Assembly: GCF_032116555.1 (NCBI RefSeq) | Contig: NZ_CP134949.1 | Coordinates: forward strand, 496,001 to 560,000 | Direction of reading: 5' to 3' | DNA: 64,000 bases | From: Halorarum halobium | GTDB taxonomy: Archaea; Halobacteriota; Halobacteria; Halobacteriales; Haloferacaceae | Shown: in pieces, positions 42,512-52,264 of the stretch | Layout: each line of letters begins with the position of its first letter | Numbering within the stretch: the stretch's first letter is position 1 | Translations under genes and position numbers: made by a program | Notes under the pieces: generated by a model | What the model was told of the DNA's origin: nothing | Seen by the model: only the letters and a program-made list of their open reading frames with translations | Database searches by the model: none

Positions 42512-43330
42512 TCAGGAGGACTCGTACCGGAGGCCAAACTCGCGTTCCAGCGCCTCGAACCACTCGTCCTCCGTAACCGACTCCCCGGTTTCCTCCCCGT
42601 CCACGTTCCACGTCACCGAGTCCACGCGCAACTTCACGTGTCCCCCGGGTGTCGCAACCGAGACCACGGGGTCGCCCGTGAACGTCGACTCGGGCGCGCT
42701 CTGGAGGTAGTCACACGTCGCCTCGAAGTACGACAGCGAACGCGGCTCGTCGCTGAACAGGTACCGATCGGTCCACTCGTCACTCCCGGGCTCCCGGTAC
42801 TGGGTCAGGTACGTCTCGTCGGGGCGGTCGCTCTCGACGACGCGCCAGGCGTAGCCCGCCGCATCGACCACCACCGCGCCGTCGAGCGGCGTCGGGCGGC
42901 GCATCGTCGGCACGCCCATCCCCACGTCCACCAGATACCGACGGCCGTCCGGTTCGACGACGTTCGCGTGGTGGTTCGCGGGCGGGCGACCGGTCCCGTC
43001 GTCGCCGACGACCCTGGCGGCGACCCGGTCGACGTCGACGCCGAGGTCGGCGAGCAGCGCGTGGGCCAGGCCGTTGAGTTCGAAACAGAACCCGCCGCGC
43101 TCGCGCTCGACGATCTTCTCGTACAGGTGCGGCAGGTCGAGAACCACGCCCGCGCCGTCGTCGGATCCGTCGAACGGGTGACCGGTGACGGCGAGCGTCT
43201 CGAACGGCACCGAGCGGACGTGTGCCGTCTGGAGGCGCTCGATCGCGTCCAGGTCGGGCCCGCCCGGGGCGTGCCACGCCGGAGCGTCGGGGTCCAGCCC
43301 GATTCGAGTCAGGTAGCGGTCCGAATCCAT
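42512..43330 (-). CDS. Arylamine N-acetyltransferase family protein
   Basis: HVRSVPFETL, RGGFCFELN (Cys), NHH (His), LVDVG (Asp). Confidence 0.92.
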   Translation of the reverse strand: MDSDRYLTRIGLDPDAPAWHAPGGPDLDAIERLQTAHVRSVPFETLAVTGHPFDGSDDGAGVVLDLPHLYEKIVERERGGFCFELNGLAHALLADLGVDVDRVAARVVGDDGTGRPPANHHANVVEPDGRRYLVDVGMGVPTMRRPTPLDGAVVVDAAGYAWRVVESDRPDETYLTQYREPGSDEWTDRYLFSDEPRSLSYFEATCDYLQSAPESTFTGDPVVSVATPGGHVKLRVDSVTWNVDGEETGESVTEDEWFEALEREFGLRYESS

Positions 43331-43444
43331 GGTCGTCCCGGCCGGACCTACCGGGCCGACGGTCAAAAGCGGTCCCTGAACCTCGTTCCTGTAACGGGGC
43401 TGATCCGTCCGCGGAATCGGCGGACGTGACTCACTCCAGCGTGC

Positions 43445-44038
43445 TCACTCCAGGGTGCCGCGGACGTACGTCTGCTCGTGAGCCGGGAACACCTCGGCGA
43501 CGGCGTCGTCGCCGCCGTCCGCCCGGAGGAGTTCGCGGAGTTCGCCCTCGTAGTCCGACTTGGGGATCTCCTCGCTCGGGCCCGATTCGACCTCGAGCGT
43601 CTCCCCGACCAGCCGGTCGACCGCGTTGCGGCCGAACCCGGAGAGCGGGGCGATGTAGTCGACGCCGTGTCGGTCCTCCAGCGACTGGGCGAACGCCCGC
43701 GAGACGGAGGGGACGCGGTCGTCACGCCGTGTGCCGTCGGCGACGGCGTCGACGTCGAGCGCGGCGACCTCCTCCATGGCGTGCTCGTGGACCTGCTGGA
43801 TGCCGTTTCGGGGGTAGCCGTCCTCGCGCATCGTCTCGACTGCCTCCGCGGCGACCTCGGGGTCGAGTTCGTGCGTCTCGAACGGGAAGCCGAGCGCCGC
43901 GGCCGCCTGGCGCGCGTGCTCGTGGTCGTCGGTGACGTCGAAGTGGGCCGTGACGAGCCGGACGTCGTAGAAGCCGTCGAGGACGAGCGCCGCGAGCGAG
44001 GAGTCCTTCCCGCCGCTGTAGAGGAGCGCGAGTTCCAT
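43445..44038 (-). CDS. Conserved archaeal PP-loop (adenine nucleotide alpha hydrolase) protein
   Basis: LYSGGKDSSL, ADGTRRDDRVP, SDYEGELR. Confidence 0.85.
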   Translation of the reverse strand: MELALLYSGGKDSSLAALVLDGFYDVRLVTAHFDVTDDHEHARQAAAALGFPFETHELDPEVAAEAVETMREDGYPRNGIQQVHEHAMEEVAALDVDAVADGTRRDDRVPSVSRAFAQSLEDRHGVDYIAPLSGFGRNAVDRLVGETLEVESGPSEEIPKSDYEGELRELLRADGGDDAVAEVFPAHEQTYVRGTLE

Positions 44039-44389
44039 TCAGCGGCGGCGGATGTCGAAGCTCTTCTGCTCGGGCTGGAGTTCGCGCAGCAGCGACTTCA
44101 TCTGCTCCTCGTCGATGCGGTCCTGGATGCGCCCGCTCTTGGCCAGCGCCGTGACCTGCTGTTTCACCTGCTTGGCGAAGTCGGGCTTGCTCATCTCGAC
44201 GGCGTTGAGCCGCTGGCGCGCGCCGTCGGTGAGGTACTGTTTGAGCAGCGCGTCCTGCTGTTGCTGGGCGCGCTCCTGGGCGGCCTGCTGGGCCTCCTGG
44301 TCGCCTTCGCCGCCGGCCTGTTCCTGAAGCTCCTGCATCTTCTGCTCCCGGAGCTCCTCCAGTCGCTCGTCGTCGGGGGTTTCGCTCAT
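44039..44389 (-). CDS. PDCD5-family DNA-binding protein
   Basis: [33 protein letters not shown]. Confidence 0.92.
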   Translation of the reverse strand: MSETPDDERLEELREQKMQELQEQAGGEGDQEAQQAAQERAQQQQDALLKQYLTDGARQRLNAVEMSKPDFAKQVKQQVTALAKSGRIQDRIDEEQMKSLLRELQPEQKSFDIRRR

Positions 44390-44739
44390 GCTGGGTGTGC
44401 GTTACTGTGGCGCGGCCAAAACGATTGCGGGTGAGGCGTGGATGGTGTGGGGAGAGTTGGTACGCGGGCGGTCACCGTCGCTTCTGCTCCGTCGGCTCAT
44501 TCTCCTCGATGCAGTTCCGGAAACTCCCGGCCACTCTTGGCTCCCGGTGTGCGGTCTTCGGTCCTGGCTTGGTCGTCGTGGCGGTCGAAACGACGACCAA
44601 ACAACCGCAGAAGCCGACAGCCACGGGAGTCCGCGAGGCGACTCACGTCGTAACATCGCGACCGACCGAACCCACCGACTCCGAAGGAAGAAACGGAAGA
44701 ACCACGACCTTAAACCACGTCACGCGAATACTCCGACCC

Positions 44740-46056
44740 ATGCCCACCTACGAGCGCCTGAAGGGGTTCCGCGACTTCTACGCCCCCGAGATGGCCGCGC
44801 GCCGCGAGGTCATCGACACGATCGAGGACGTCGCGCGGCGCTACGGCTTCCGGGAGATCGACACGCCGCGGCTCGAACGCGCCGAGATGTGGACCGACAA
44901 GAGCGGCGACGACATCGTCGACGAACTGTACGCGTTCGAGGACCACGGCGGCCGCCACGTCACGCTCGCCCCGGAACTGACGCCGACCGTCGCGCGGATG
45001 TACGCCGCGAAGGCCCAGGAGCTGTCCAAGCCCGTCAAGTGGGTATCGACCCGGCCGTTCTGGCGCTACGAGCAGGTCCAGCAGGGCCGCTTCCGCGAGT
45101 TCCACCAGACGAACGTCGACGTCTTCGGCTCCGCGGAACCCGAGGCCGACGCCGAGGTGCTCGCCGTCGCGGCCGACGCGCTCACCGGCCTCGGCCTGAC
45201 GCCCGAGGACTTCGAGTTCCGCGTCTCCCACCGCGACATCCTCGGGAGCCTCCTGCGCTCGTTCGACGCCCAGGTCGACGTGACCGCCGCCATCCGCGCG
45301 GTGGACAAGTCCGAGAAGGTCGACGAGGACGAGTATCTCGGCCTGCTGTACGACGCCGGCCTGTCGTACGACCAGGCGCGCGAGTTCGACTCGCTGCTCG
45401 ACGTCCGCGACCCGGCGACCCTCGACGAACTCACCGAGTTCGCGCCCGACGCCGAGGGGCTCGCGGACGCGGTCGAGAACCTCCGTGCGGTGCTCGCTGC
45501 CGCCGAGGACTTCGGCGTCGGCGAGCACTGCGACCTCTCGCTCCGGACCGCGCGGGGGCTGGACTACTACACCGGCGCCGTCTTCGAGTGCTTCGACTCG
45601 ACGGGCGAGGTGTCCCGCTCGGTGTTCGGCGGCGGGCGCTACGACGACCTCATCGAGGAGTTCGGCGGCCAGCCCACCCCCGCGGTCGGCGTCGCGCCGG
45701 GCCACGCCCCGCTCGCCCTGCTGCTCGAACGCGCCGGCGTCCTCCCCGACGCGGAGCTCTCGACCGACTACTACGTGCTCGGGGTCGGGGACACCCGCGA
45801 CGTGGCGGCGCGGGTCGCACGGGACCTCCGCGCGGGCGGCAACGTCGTCGAGTCGGACGTCGCCGGTCGGAGCTTCGGCGCGCAGATGGGCTACGCGGAC
45901 TCGGTGAACGCCGAGACGGTCGTCATCGTCGGCGAGCAGGACCTGGCAGACGGGAACGTGACGGTCAAGGACATGGGGTCGGGCGAGCAGACGACCGCGC
46001 CGGTCGAGGAGTTCCCCGGCGGACTGGAGCGGCCGACGTACGACGACTTCGCGTGA
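44740..46056 (+). CDS. hisS: Histidine--tRNA ligase
   Basis: KGFRDF, PELTPT, WRYEQVQQGRFREFHQ, RGLDYYTG, GGGRYD. Confidence 0.97.
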   Translation: MPTYERLKGFRDFYAPEMAARREVIDTIEDVARRYGFREIDTPRLERAEMWTDKSGDDIVDELYAFEDHGGRHVTLAPELTPTVARMYAAKAQELSKPVKWVSTRPFWRYEQVQQGRFREFHQTNVDVFGSAEPEADAEVLAVAADALTGLGLTPEDFEFRVSHRDILGSLLRSFDAQVDVTAAIRAVDKSEKVDEDEYLGLLYDAGLSYDQAREFDSLLDVRDPATLDELTEFAPDAEGLADAVENLRAVLAAAEDFGVGEHCDLSLRTARGLDYYTGAVFECFDSTGEVSRSVFGGGRYDDLIEEFGGQPTPAVGVAPGHAPLALLLERAGVLPDAELSTDYYVLGVGDTRDVAARVARDLRAGGNVVESDVAGRSFGAQMGYADSVNAETVVIVGEQDLADGNVTVKDMGSGEQTTAPVEEFPGGLERPTYDDFA

Positions 46057-46162
46057 TTAGTCAGGTTTGGGGGGCTATGGGTTGTTGCAGCCTTCGTTGA
46101 GTCGTTCTCGAACGGCCCCAAGGCGCTTGGCTTCGGTGCAGGTCCGGTAGTCGTGGCGCACC

Positions 46163-46425
46163 CCTCGAAAGGCCCCCGCGGCGCTCGGCTCCCACGAACC
46201 GCGCTGCGCTCCTCGTCACTCGCGTTGCTCGCTCCTGTGGTGCTTGCGGGTTCGGGGTTCGCCGAGAGCCGCGGCCCCTTTCAGTCCCACCCTCCGCACG
46301 GCACCGCACCTCACCCTCCCCAGCCTCCTGTGCTCCTCGGTTCACTCGCTTCGCTCGTTCACCTGCGGTGCTCGTCCCTCGCGCGCGTCGCCTCGCCCCT
46401 TGGGGGCTCGCCGTCACGCGCGCCG
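46163..46425 (-). repeat. Modular intergenic repeat, copy R10 (full-length type)
   Basis: Reverse complement colinear with R1; core at 46272-46292. Confidence 0.9.
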
Positions 46426-46479
46426 TCCGGCTGGTTCCCATCCACGTCGCCTAAGTCGGACGCCCGCCTGCCACGAATC

Positions 46480-47301
46480 GTGCGCGCGTTCCGAGTCGCC
46501 TACGACGGCCGGCCGTTCTACGGCTTCCAGCGCCAGCCGGACGTCCCGACCGTCGAGGGCGCGCTGTTCGACGCGCTCCGCGCGCTCGACGTACTGGAGG
46601 ACGACGATCGGAAGCCGCCCGGCTACGCCGCCGCCGGCCGCACCGACGCGGGCGTCTCCGCGGTCGCCCAGACGGTCGCGTTCGAACCCCCCGGCTGGCT
46701 GACGCCCCGCGCGTTCAACGCCGAACTCCCGGGCCGGATTCGCGTGTGGGCCAGCGCCGACGCCCCCGCCCAGTTCCACGCCACCCACGACGCGGCCGGG
46801 CGCGTCTACCGGTACCACCTCCACGCGCCCGCCGACGGGCCGGCCGGGTCGGACGCGCCGCTCGACCGGGCGCGCGACGCTGCCTCGCGGCTCTCGGGCG
46901 AACGCGACTTCCACAACCTGACGCCGGACGACGACGGGACGGTCCGGGAGCTCGACTGCTCGGTCGCCCGGGACGGGGAATTTCTGGTGGTTCGGGCCGC
47001 GGCTGGCGGGTTCCCGCGCCACTTCGTCCGAAAACTCGTCGGCGTCGTCCACGGCGCGGCGACGGGCCGGACCGGACCCGAGCGCGTCGACGCGGTGCTC
47101 GGCCCGGAGCCGCTGGCCGACGAGGCCGGCGTCCCGATGGCGTCGGCCGAACCGCTCGTGCTCGTCGGGGTCGACTACCCGGACCTCGACTTCGACCGTG
47201 ATTCGCAGGCAGCCGGGACGGTGGCGGACGTCTTCGGGGCTGCACGGACGGACGGGCTCGTTCGCGCGCGCATCGCGGACGAGGTTCTCGACGGCGTGTA
47301 A
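46480..47301 (+). CDS. truA: tRNA pseudouridine(38-40) synthase
   Basis: AYDGRPFYGFQRQP, AGRTDAGVSA, YRY, DFHNLT; GTG start inferred. Confidence 0.93.
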   Translation: MRAFRVAYDGRPFYGFQRQPDVPTVEGALFDALRALDVLEDDDRKPPGYAAAGRTDAGVSAVAQTVAFEPPGWLTPRAFNAELPGRIRVWASADAPAQFHATHDAAGRVYRYHLHAPADGPAGSDAPLDRARDAASRLSGERDFHNLTPDDDGTVRELDCSVARDGEFLVVRAAAGGFPRHFVRKLVGVVHGAATGRTGPERVDAVLGPEPLADEAGVPMASAEPLVLVGVDYPDLDFDRDSQAAGTVADVFGAARTDGLVRARIADEVLDGV

Positions 47302-47334
47302 GCCTGAACTGCCGGGTCGCCCGGCCGCCCGACT

Positions 47335-48663
47335 CTACTCCCAGCTCTCGGGCCAGAGCCCGGCGGCCTTCATCCCGGGCTCGAACGCCGCCTCCCTGAA
47401 CGCCGCCTCCAGGTCGTACTCGTCGAGCGCCGGCACCTCGACGGGCTCGCGGGCGAGTTCCCGCACCAGCAGCGCGGCGAGGATCCCGTGCTCGCGGACG
47501 TTCCGGTCGTCCACCTTGTCCCGCGTGTCCGCGTGTGTGTGCCCCCAGCCGCGACCGCGCTCGCCGCTGTCCGAGTGGAGCTGCAGCGCGGGAACACCCC
47601 CGCGGACGAACGGCCACTGGTCCGAGAACGGGTGCGGCTCCTCGCGCACCTCGATCGGCTGGCGGGTCCGTTCCTCGATCCGTCGGGCGACGTCGGCGGT
47701 CGCCTCGGAGGTGTGGCTCATCGCGACGAGGTCGCGGAACCGCCCCGCGCCGTCGACGTTGACGACTGCCTTCACCGAGTCGAAGTCGGTCTCGGCGGCG
47801 AGGTGTTCCGAGCCGAGCAGCCCCGTCTCCTCGCAGCCGACCGCGCCGAACCGGACGCCGACGTCGAGGTCGATCGCGGCCAGGACGCGGGCGGCGACCA
47901 GCAGCGTGGCGATCCCGCAGCCGTTGTCGAGCGCGCCCTCCGCGATGTCGTGTGCGTCGTAGTGGGCGAGCAGCAGCACCGACTCGTCCGTGTCCGGGCC
48001 GACCCGGCCCAGGACGTTTCGGCTCTCGCCCGGCACGGTCTCCGCCTCGACGCTCAGTTCCACCTCGCCGTCCGCGTCGGCGTACTCCGTGAGCCACGCG
48101 CCCGTCTCCTTGCTCACGCCGACCGCCGGGATCGACGCCTCCTCGCCGAACGTCAGCGACCCCGTCGGCGGAAGCTGACCGGGCACGTGGTTGACGAAGA
48201 CGAACGCCACCGCGCCGGCGTCGGCCGCGTAGCCGTACTTCTCCATCCGGTGGACGAATCGGCCGCCCGAGGGCGTCGTCGTGCTCGCGACCGCGACCTT
48301 GCCCTCGACGTCGACCTCGTCGATCTCGGCGGGCGTGCCGTAGCCGACGTCGACCAGTTCGCCCGAAACTTCCCCGGCGGGACTGTACGGCAGCGCGATC
48401 GCCTCGAACTCGCGGCCGTCGGGCGAGACGAGGTGCAGGTCCGTCGTGCCGCGTCGCCACTCGTTGACGGCGAAGGGCCGTTCGCGCACCCGATCCAGGC
48501 CGGCGTCCTCGAAGGCCTCCGCGACGAGCGCGGCCGCGCGAGCCTCCCCCTCGCTGCCGCCCATCCGGTTCCCGATGGCGGTGAGGTCGGTGAGGAACGC
48601 CCAGGGTCGATCGTCGAGCCACGCGCGTCCCACGGCGTCGGCGGTGTCGTCCTCGAGTTCCAT
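47335..48663 (-). CDS. M28-family aminopeptidase with PA domain
   Basis: AHYDAH, GALDNGCG, EETGLLGS, SDQWPF, HTHADT. Confidence 0.92.
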   Translation of the reverse strand: MELEDDTADAVGRAWLDDRPWAFLTDLTAIGNRMGGSEGEARAAALVAEAFEDAGLDRVRERPFAVNEWRRGTTDLHLVSPDGREFEAIALPYSPAGEVSGELVDVGYGTPAEIDEVDVEGKVAVASTTTPSGGRFVHRMEKYGYAADAGAVAFVFVNHVPGQLPPTGSLTFGEEASIPAVGVSKETGAWLTEYADADGEVELSVEAETVPGESRNVLGRVGPDTDESVLLLAHYDAHDIAEGALDNGCGIATLLVAARVLAAIDLDVGVRFGAVGCEETGLLGSEHLAAETDFDSVKAVVNVDGAGRFRDLVAMSHTSEATADVARRIEERTRQPIEVREEPHPFSDQWPFVRGGVPALQLHSDSGERGRGWGHTHADTRDKVDDRNVREHGILAALLVRELAREPVEVPALDEYDLEAAFREAAFEPGMKAAGLWPESWE

Positions 48664-48747
48664 ATGTACGGGGTCCGTCACCGGCGCAAAAAGTCCGCGG
48701 GTGGCGGGGAACCGCGCCGCCGGCACGTCTCGCTCGCGTGACCGGTT

Positions 48748-49992
48748 TCAGAGCTCGCCGGCGATCGCGTCCGCGACGGCCTCGCGATCGAACAGCCGTT
48801 CGCCGGCCGGGATCTCCGGGTACGGCTCGCCGTCGACGTAGCCCGGCCACTCGCCGAACGCGTCGGGATAGAGCTGCTTTGCGGCCATCTCGGTCTGGAA
48901 CAGGTTGAGGATCGGGCCCTGCCGGCGCGCCCCCTGCGTGTAGACGCGCCCCTCCCGGACGGCCGTGATCTCCCGCGTGACCTCGTCGTCCTCGAGCCCG
49001 CTCCTGATCTCGGCGATGTCGTGGTACTCCGTCATCGGGCCGAGCACGAGGAGCACGTCCGGATCCGCCTCCAGCAGCAGTTCGTCGTTCAGCGTGATGT
49101 TCCGCCCGTCGTCGCCGTACCCGTCCCCGACGGCGTCGGCGAGCGCGTCGGTCGCGCCCAGCGGCCGGGTGTGTGCGGCGTAGTAGCCGGGGTAGTTCAG
49201 CTTGTACCCCCACATGCCGTCGTCGCTCGTCGAGAACAGCACCTGGGCCGCGCTCGGCCGCTCGTCCGCGGGCGGCAGGTTCGACTCGATCTCGCCCATC
49301 ATCGAGTCCCGGACGGCCGCGAGCGCCTCGTACCGCTCGGTCTCCCGGAACACCTCGGCGACCCTGCCGAAGATCTCCCAGAGGTCGTAGTACTCGTACT
49401 CCTCGCCCCACCCCGCCGGCGGGGACTGCCGGGTCCCGCTGAGCGTGTTGCCGAACCACGGCGCGACGTTGCGCTCGATCTCCGCGAGGTCGTCCTCGTC
49501 CCACCCGTCCGCGGTGGCGACCTTCGCCGGGTCGGCGAGGTGGACGTCGCTGTCGAGTTCGTACAGCTTCTCCTTGGTCGGCGGCCATGAGGAGTACAGC
49601 CCCTCCCAGTCGACCGAGACGCCGTCGAGTCGCTCCAGGAACTTGGTGTACAGCGACTGGGTGTACCCCGGCGCGTGCATCGCGTTGACCGCGTCGCCGC
49701 GGCCGAGCGCGAGCACCATGTCGGTGTGGTGGCTGAGGATCGTGAACACGTCCTCGGGGACCGACTCGAACTCGACCTCGCCGGCCGGCGCCATCGTGAC
49801 CGTGTACGACTCGTCCCCGGCCGCGGTCCCGGTGGCCGTCGCCGTGTCGGTGGCAGTGGCCGGCGAATCGGGCGTCGACCCCGCTCGGTCGCCGGTACAG
49901 CCCGCGAACAGTCCGCCGCCGATGACGGTGCCGCCGTACTTTACGCAGTCGCGCCGCGTCGGTGCGCCCTCGTCGTCCGCTTCGGATCCCAT
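48748..49992 (-). CDS. Iron/siderophore-type ABC substrate-binding Tat lipoprotein (paralog 1)
   Basis: TRRDCVKYGG twin-Arg, FAGC lipobox, ELDSDVH, ADPDVLLV, QGPILNLFQTEM. Confidence 0.85.
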   Translation of the reverse strand: MGSEADDEGAPTRRDCVKYGGTVIGGGLFAGCTGDRAGSTPDSPATATDTATATGTAAGDESYTVTMAPAGEVEFESVPEDVFTILSHHTDMVLALGRGDAVNAMHAPGYTQSLYTKFLERLDGVSVDWEGLYSSWPPTKEKLYELDSDVHLADPAKVATADGWDEDDLAEIERNVAPWFGNTLSGTRQSPPAGWGEEYEYYDLWEIFGRVAEVFRETERYEALAAVRDSMMGEIESNLPPADERPSAAQVLFSTSDDGMWGYKLNYPGYYAAHTRPLGATDALADAVGDGYGDDGRNITLNDELLLEADPDVLLVLGPMTEYHDIAEIRSGLEDDEVTREITAVREGRVYTQGARRQGPILNLFQTEMAAKQLYPDAFGEWPGYVDGEPYPEIPAGERLFDREAVADAIAGEL

Positions 49993-49994
49993 GG

Positions 49995-50047
49995 TTTAGG
50001 CTCACCAAAACAGTTGAAATAGGTTCCGGATTTTAGGCGGTCCGAAA
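49995..50047. promoter_or_regulatory. Pair of TTTAGG-N4-CCTAAA-type operators (DtxR-family-like)
   Basis: TTTAGGCTCACCAAAA 49995-50010 and TTTAGGCGGTCCGAAA 50032-50047, just upstream of SBP paralog 1. Confidence 0.7.
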
Positions 50048-50072
50048 TCCTTCGCCCGTTCCGACCGCCCGA

Positions 50073-51116
50073 TCAGCGCTCGGACCACCTCCGGGCGCTC
50101 CCGTCGGTCACGTTCTCGAAGTGGTACCTGACGCCGAGCGCGACGGGCGCGGCGATCAGGCCGGCGACGCCGACGCCCGCGCCGACGCCCCGCCAGGTCA
50201 GTTCCCCGACCGGCCCTTCACCCACGAGGACGACGCCGCGCATCCCGCGGTCGCCGTACGCCGAGCACTCGTACTTCGAGAGGCCGTCGCCCCCGAACTC
50301 CACCGCGAACACGCTCCCCTCGCCCCGGCCCTGCTCGCTGGCGTATCCGAGCGTCTCGTCGACGACGTCGTACGGACCCTCGGTGCCGACCCACTCCCAG
50401 CGCACGACCGTCCCGGGGTCGACGTGGACGGCGGCGGGTTCGAAGGCGAACTGGCCGCCGTTGCCCGACGCGCCGACCTCGACGGTCACCTCGTCCTCGC
50501 CGCGCCGGTCGGCGACCCCGCGGTAGTTGTCGGTGTCGTCGAGCCAGCCGTCGAACGAGCGCATCGGGCCCAGTTGCTCGGGTTCAGGCGTGCTCGTCGG
50601 GGTCCCCGCGGGGCTCCCCGTCGAACTGCCGGGGAGCGTGACCTCCACGTCGCCGACGACCAGCGCGCCGCGCATCCCCATCGCCCGGTGGGGGGCACAG
50701 GCGTACCGGACGACGCCGGCCGAGGCGGGCGTCCGGACGAACGTCTCGCCCGCCTCGCCGTGGTACTCCGACTCGAAGGACCCGTCGCTCGCGACGACGT
50801 TGTGGCTGCCGCCGTTCCCGGTCCACTCCCAGGTCACCTCGGTCCCCGGGTCGACCCGGAGTACGGGCGGGCCAAAGCCCAGCGCGCCGCCGTTCCCGTC
50901 CGCGCCGACGGCGACCGTCACGGCGTCCCGACCCCGCTCGTCGACGACCCGCGTCGCGTTGTCGGTCGAGGAGAGCCACTCCGTGAGGTCGACAGGTCCC
51001 TCCTGGGCCGCGCTCGCCCGGCGCGGCAGGAGTCCCGCCCCGAGGGCTGCTCCCGCCCCGACCAGTACCGTCCGTCTGGCGTAGCCGCGTCCCGTCCGTC
51101 CGGCGTGGTCCGACAT
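50073..51116 (-). CDS. Halocyanin-domain protein (two cupredoxin domains, Tat signal, C-terminal TM)
   Basis: VDPGTEVTWEWTG...SHNV...YACAPHRAMGMRG; second domain VDPGTVVRWEW...YECSAYGDRGMRG. Confidence 0.85.
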   Translation of the reverse strand: MSDHAGRTGRGYARRTVLVGAGAALGAGLLPRRASAAQEGPVDLTEWLSSTDNATRVVDERGRDAVTVAVGADGNGGALGFGPPVLRVDPGTEVTWEWTGNGGSHNVVASDGSFESEYHGEAGETFVRTPASAGVVRYACAPHRAMGMRGALVVGDVEVTLPGSSTGSPAGTPTSTPEPEQLGPMRSFDGWLDDTDNYRGVADRRGEDEVTVEVGASGNGGQFAFEPAAVHVDPGTVVRWEWVGTEGPYDVVDETLGYASEQGRGEGSVFAVEFGGDGLSKYECSAYGDRGMRGVVLVGEGPVGELTWRGVGAGVGVAGLIAAPVALGVRYHFENVTDGSARRWSER

Positions 51117-51118
51117 GG

Positions 51119-52264
51119 TCACCCCTCGTAGCCGGCGTAGTCCATGATCTGTCCGAACAGTTCGGTGTCCATCGCCGGCGTGTACACCACCGCCGAGAGC
51201 ATCCCGCCCGGGTACGAGGAGCCGTTTCGGACGTGGTTCACCTTGTGGCAGTGGATGAGGTAGATGCCGGGGTCCGCGTTCGCCTCGAACTCGATGGTGT
51301 ACCGTTCGGCGGGCGCGACGTTCACGACGTCCTCGGTCAGTTGCATCGCCTCGGGGATGGGGCTCCCGTCCTTCTCCACGACCCTGAACCGGTGGTTGTG
51401 GAGGTGCATCGGGTGGCTGTGGAACCCGGCGTTGACCCAGTGGATCCGAACGGTGTCGCCGGGTTCGACGATGACCGGCGACCCCGTCTCGGGGTTGAAC
51501 GACGCGGGTGCGGACTTCCCGTTGATGGTGAACGTGTCCATCCGGCGGTCGGTGAGGTCGTAGCTGACGTCCTCGCCGCCGTACTGGCGGGAGAGCCTGC
51601 TGTCCCACTCCCTGATCGTCATGAAGTACTCCCGGTCGGCGCGCTCGTACCCCTCCGGTTCGACGCGCATCGTCCCGTACATCCCCATCTCCATGTGCAT
51701 CGGCGTCTGGTAGTGGCAGTGGTAGAGGTGGGTCCCGGGCGTGTTCGCGGTGAACTCGTAGGTGTGCGTCTCGCCGGGGCCGACGGTGATCCCCGTCGTC
51801 GTCGGGACGCCGTCGTTCTCCCACGTCTTCTGGATGCCGTGGACGTGGAACGTGTGGGGCATGTCCATCCCCGTGTTGTCCAGCGTGACGGTGAACTCCG
51901 CGCCCTCCTCGACCCGGAGGATCGGACCGGGAACCGAGGGCGTGCCGTCGTCGGCCTGCCAGGCCCAGACGACCGGGAGCGTGATGGGGCCGTTCATCGA
52001 CTCGCCGGGGTGGACGTGGTGGACCGCCTCGACCGTCTTCAGTGTCACCTCGTAGTCCCGTTCGGCCAGGTCGACGACCTCCGGGCGTCCAGTCGTCGGA
52101 AGGTCGCTCGTCGCCGCCCGCCGCCCGTCCGCAGCCACCTCCGAGACCGAGGGCCGTGACGTCGTCACACAGCCCGCGACCGCGGAGAGGCCCGCCGCGC
52201 CGGAGGCCGCGAGGAACCGTCGCCGTCCGATGCCGTCGCCGGGTGCGCCGATCTCGCTCGTCAT
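51119..52264 (-). CDS. Two-domain multicopper oxidase, Tat lipoprotein
   Basis: RRRFL, AVAGC; HTFHVHG, YHCHYQTPMHMEMGM, HPMHLHNH, HCHKVNH...GGM. Confidence 0.9.
   Translation of the reverse strand: MTSEIGAPGDGIGRRRFLAASGAAGLSAVAGCVTTSRPSVSEVAADGRRAATSDLPTTGRPEVVDLAERDYEVTLKTVEAVHHVHPGESMNGPITLPVVWAWQADDGTPSVPGPILRVEEGAEFTVTLDNTGMDMPHTFHVHGIQKTWENDGVPTTTGITVGPGETHTYEFTANTPGTHLYHCHYQTPMHMEMGMYGTMRVEPEGYERADREYFMTIREWDSRLSRQYGGEDVSYDLTDRRMDTFTINGKSAPASFNPETGSPVIVEPGDTVRIHWVNAGFHSHPMHLHNHRFRVVEKDGSPIPEAMQLTEDVVNVAPAERYTIEFEANADPGIYLIHCHKVNHVRNGSSYPGGMLSAVVYTPAMDTELFGQIMDYAGYEG

Noticed and set aside
44569..44600. Perfect 11-bp hairpin TTGGTCGTCGT/ACGACGACCAA
   Set aside because: Single occurrence between divergent genes with no supporting context; could be chance
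46153..46479. 109-residue N-terminal extension of TruA, and similar extensions on ORFs at 31476, 36639 and 1208-1768
   Set aside because: These are translations of the repeat family (recurrent GPFQSHPP, RWVGLKG, SKAPAA peptides in different frames), not coding sequence
46715..50008. 1097-aa ORF and other long Arg/Gly/Pro-rich or antisense ORFs (e.g. 54746-57022, 60439-62985, 10594-12381)
   Set aside because: Shadow frames of real genes in high-GC DNA; they lack motifs and the acidic composition
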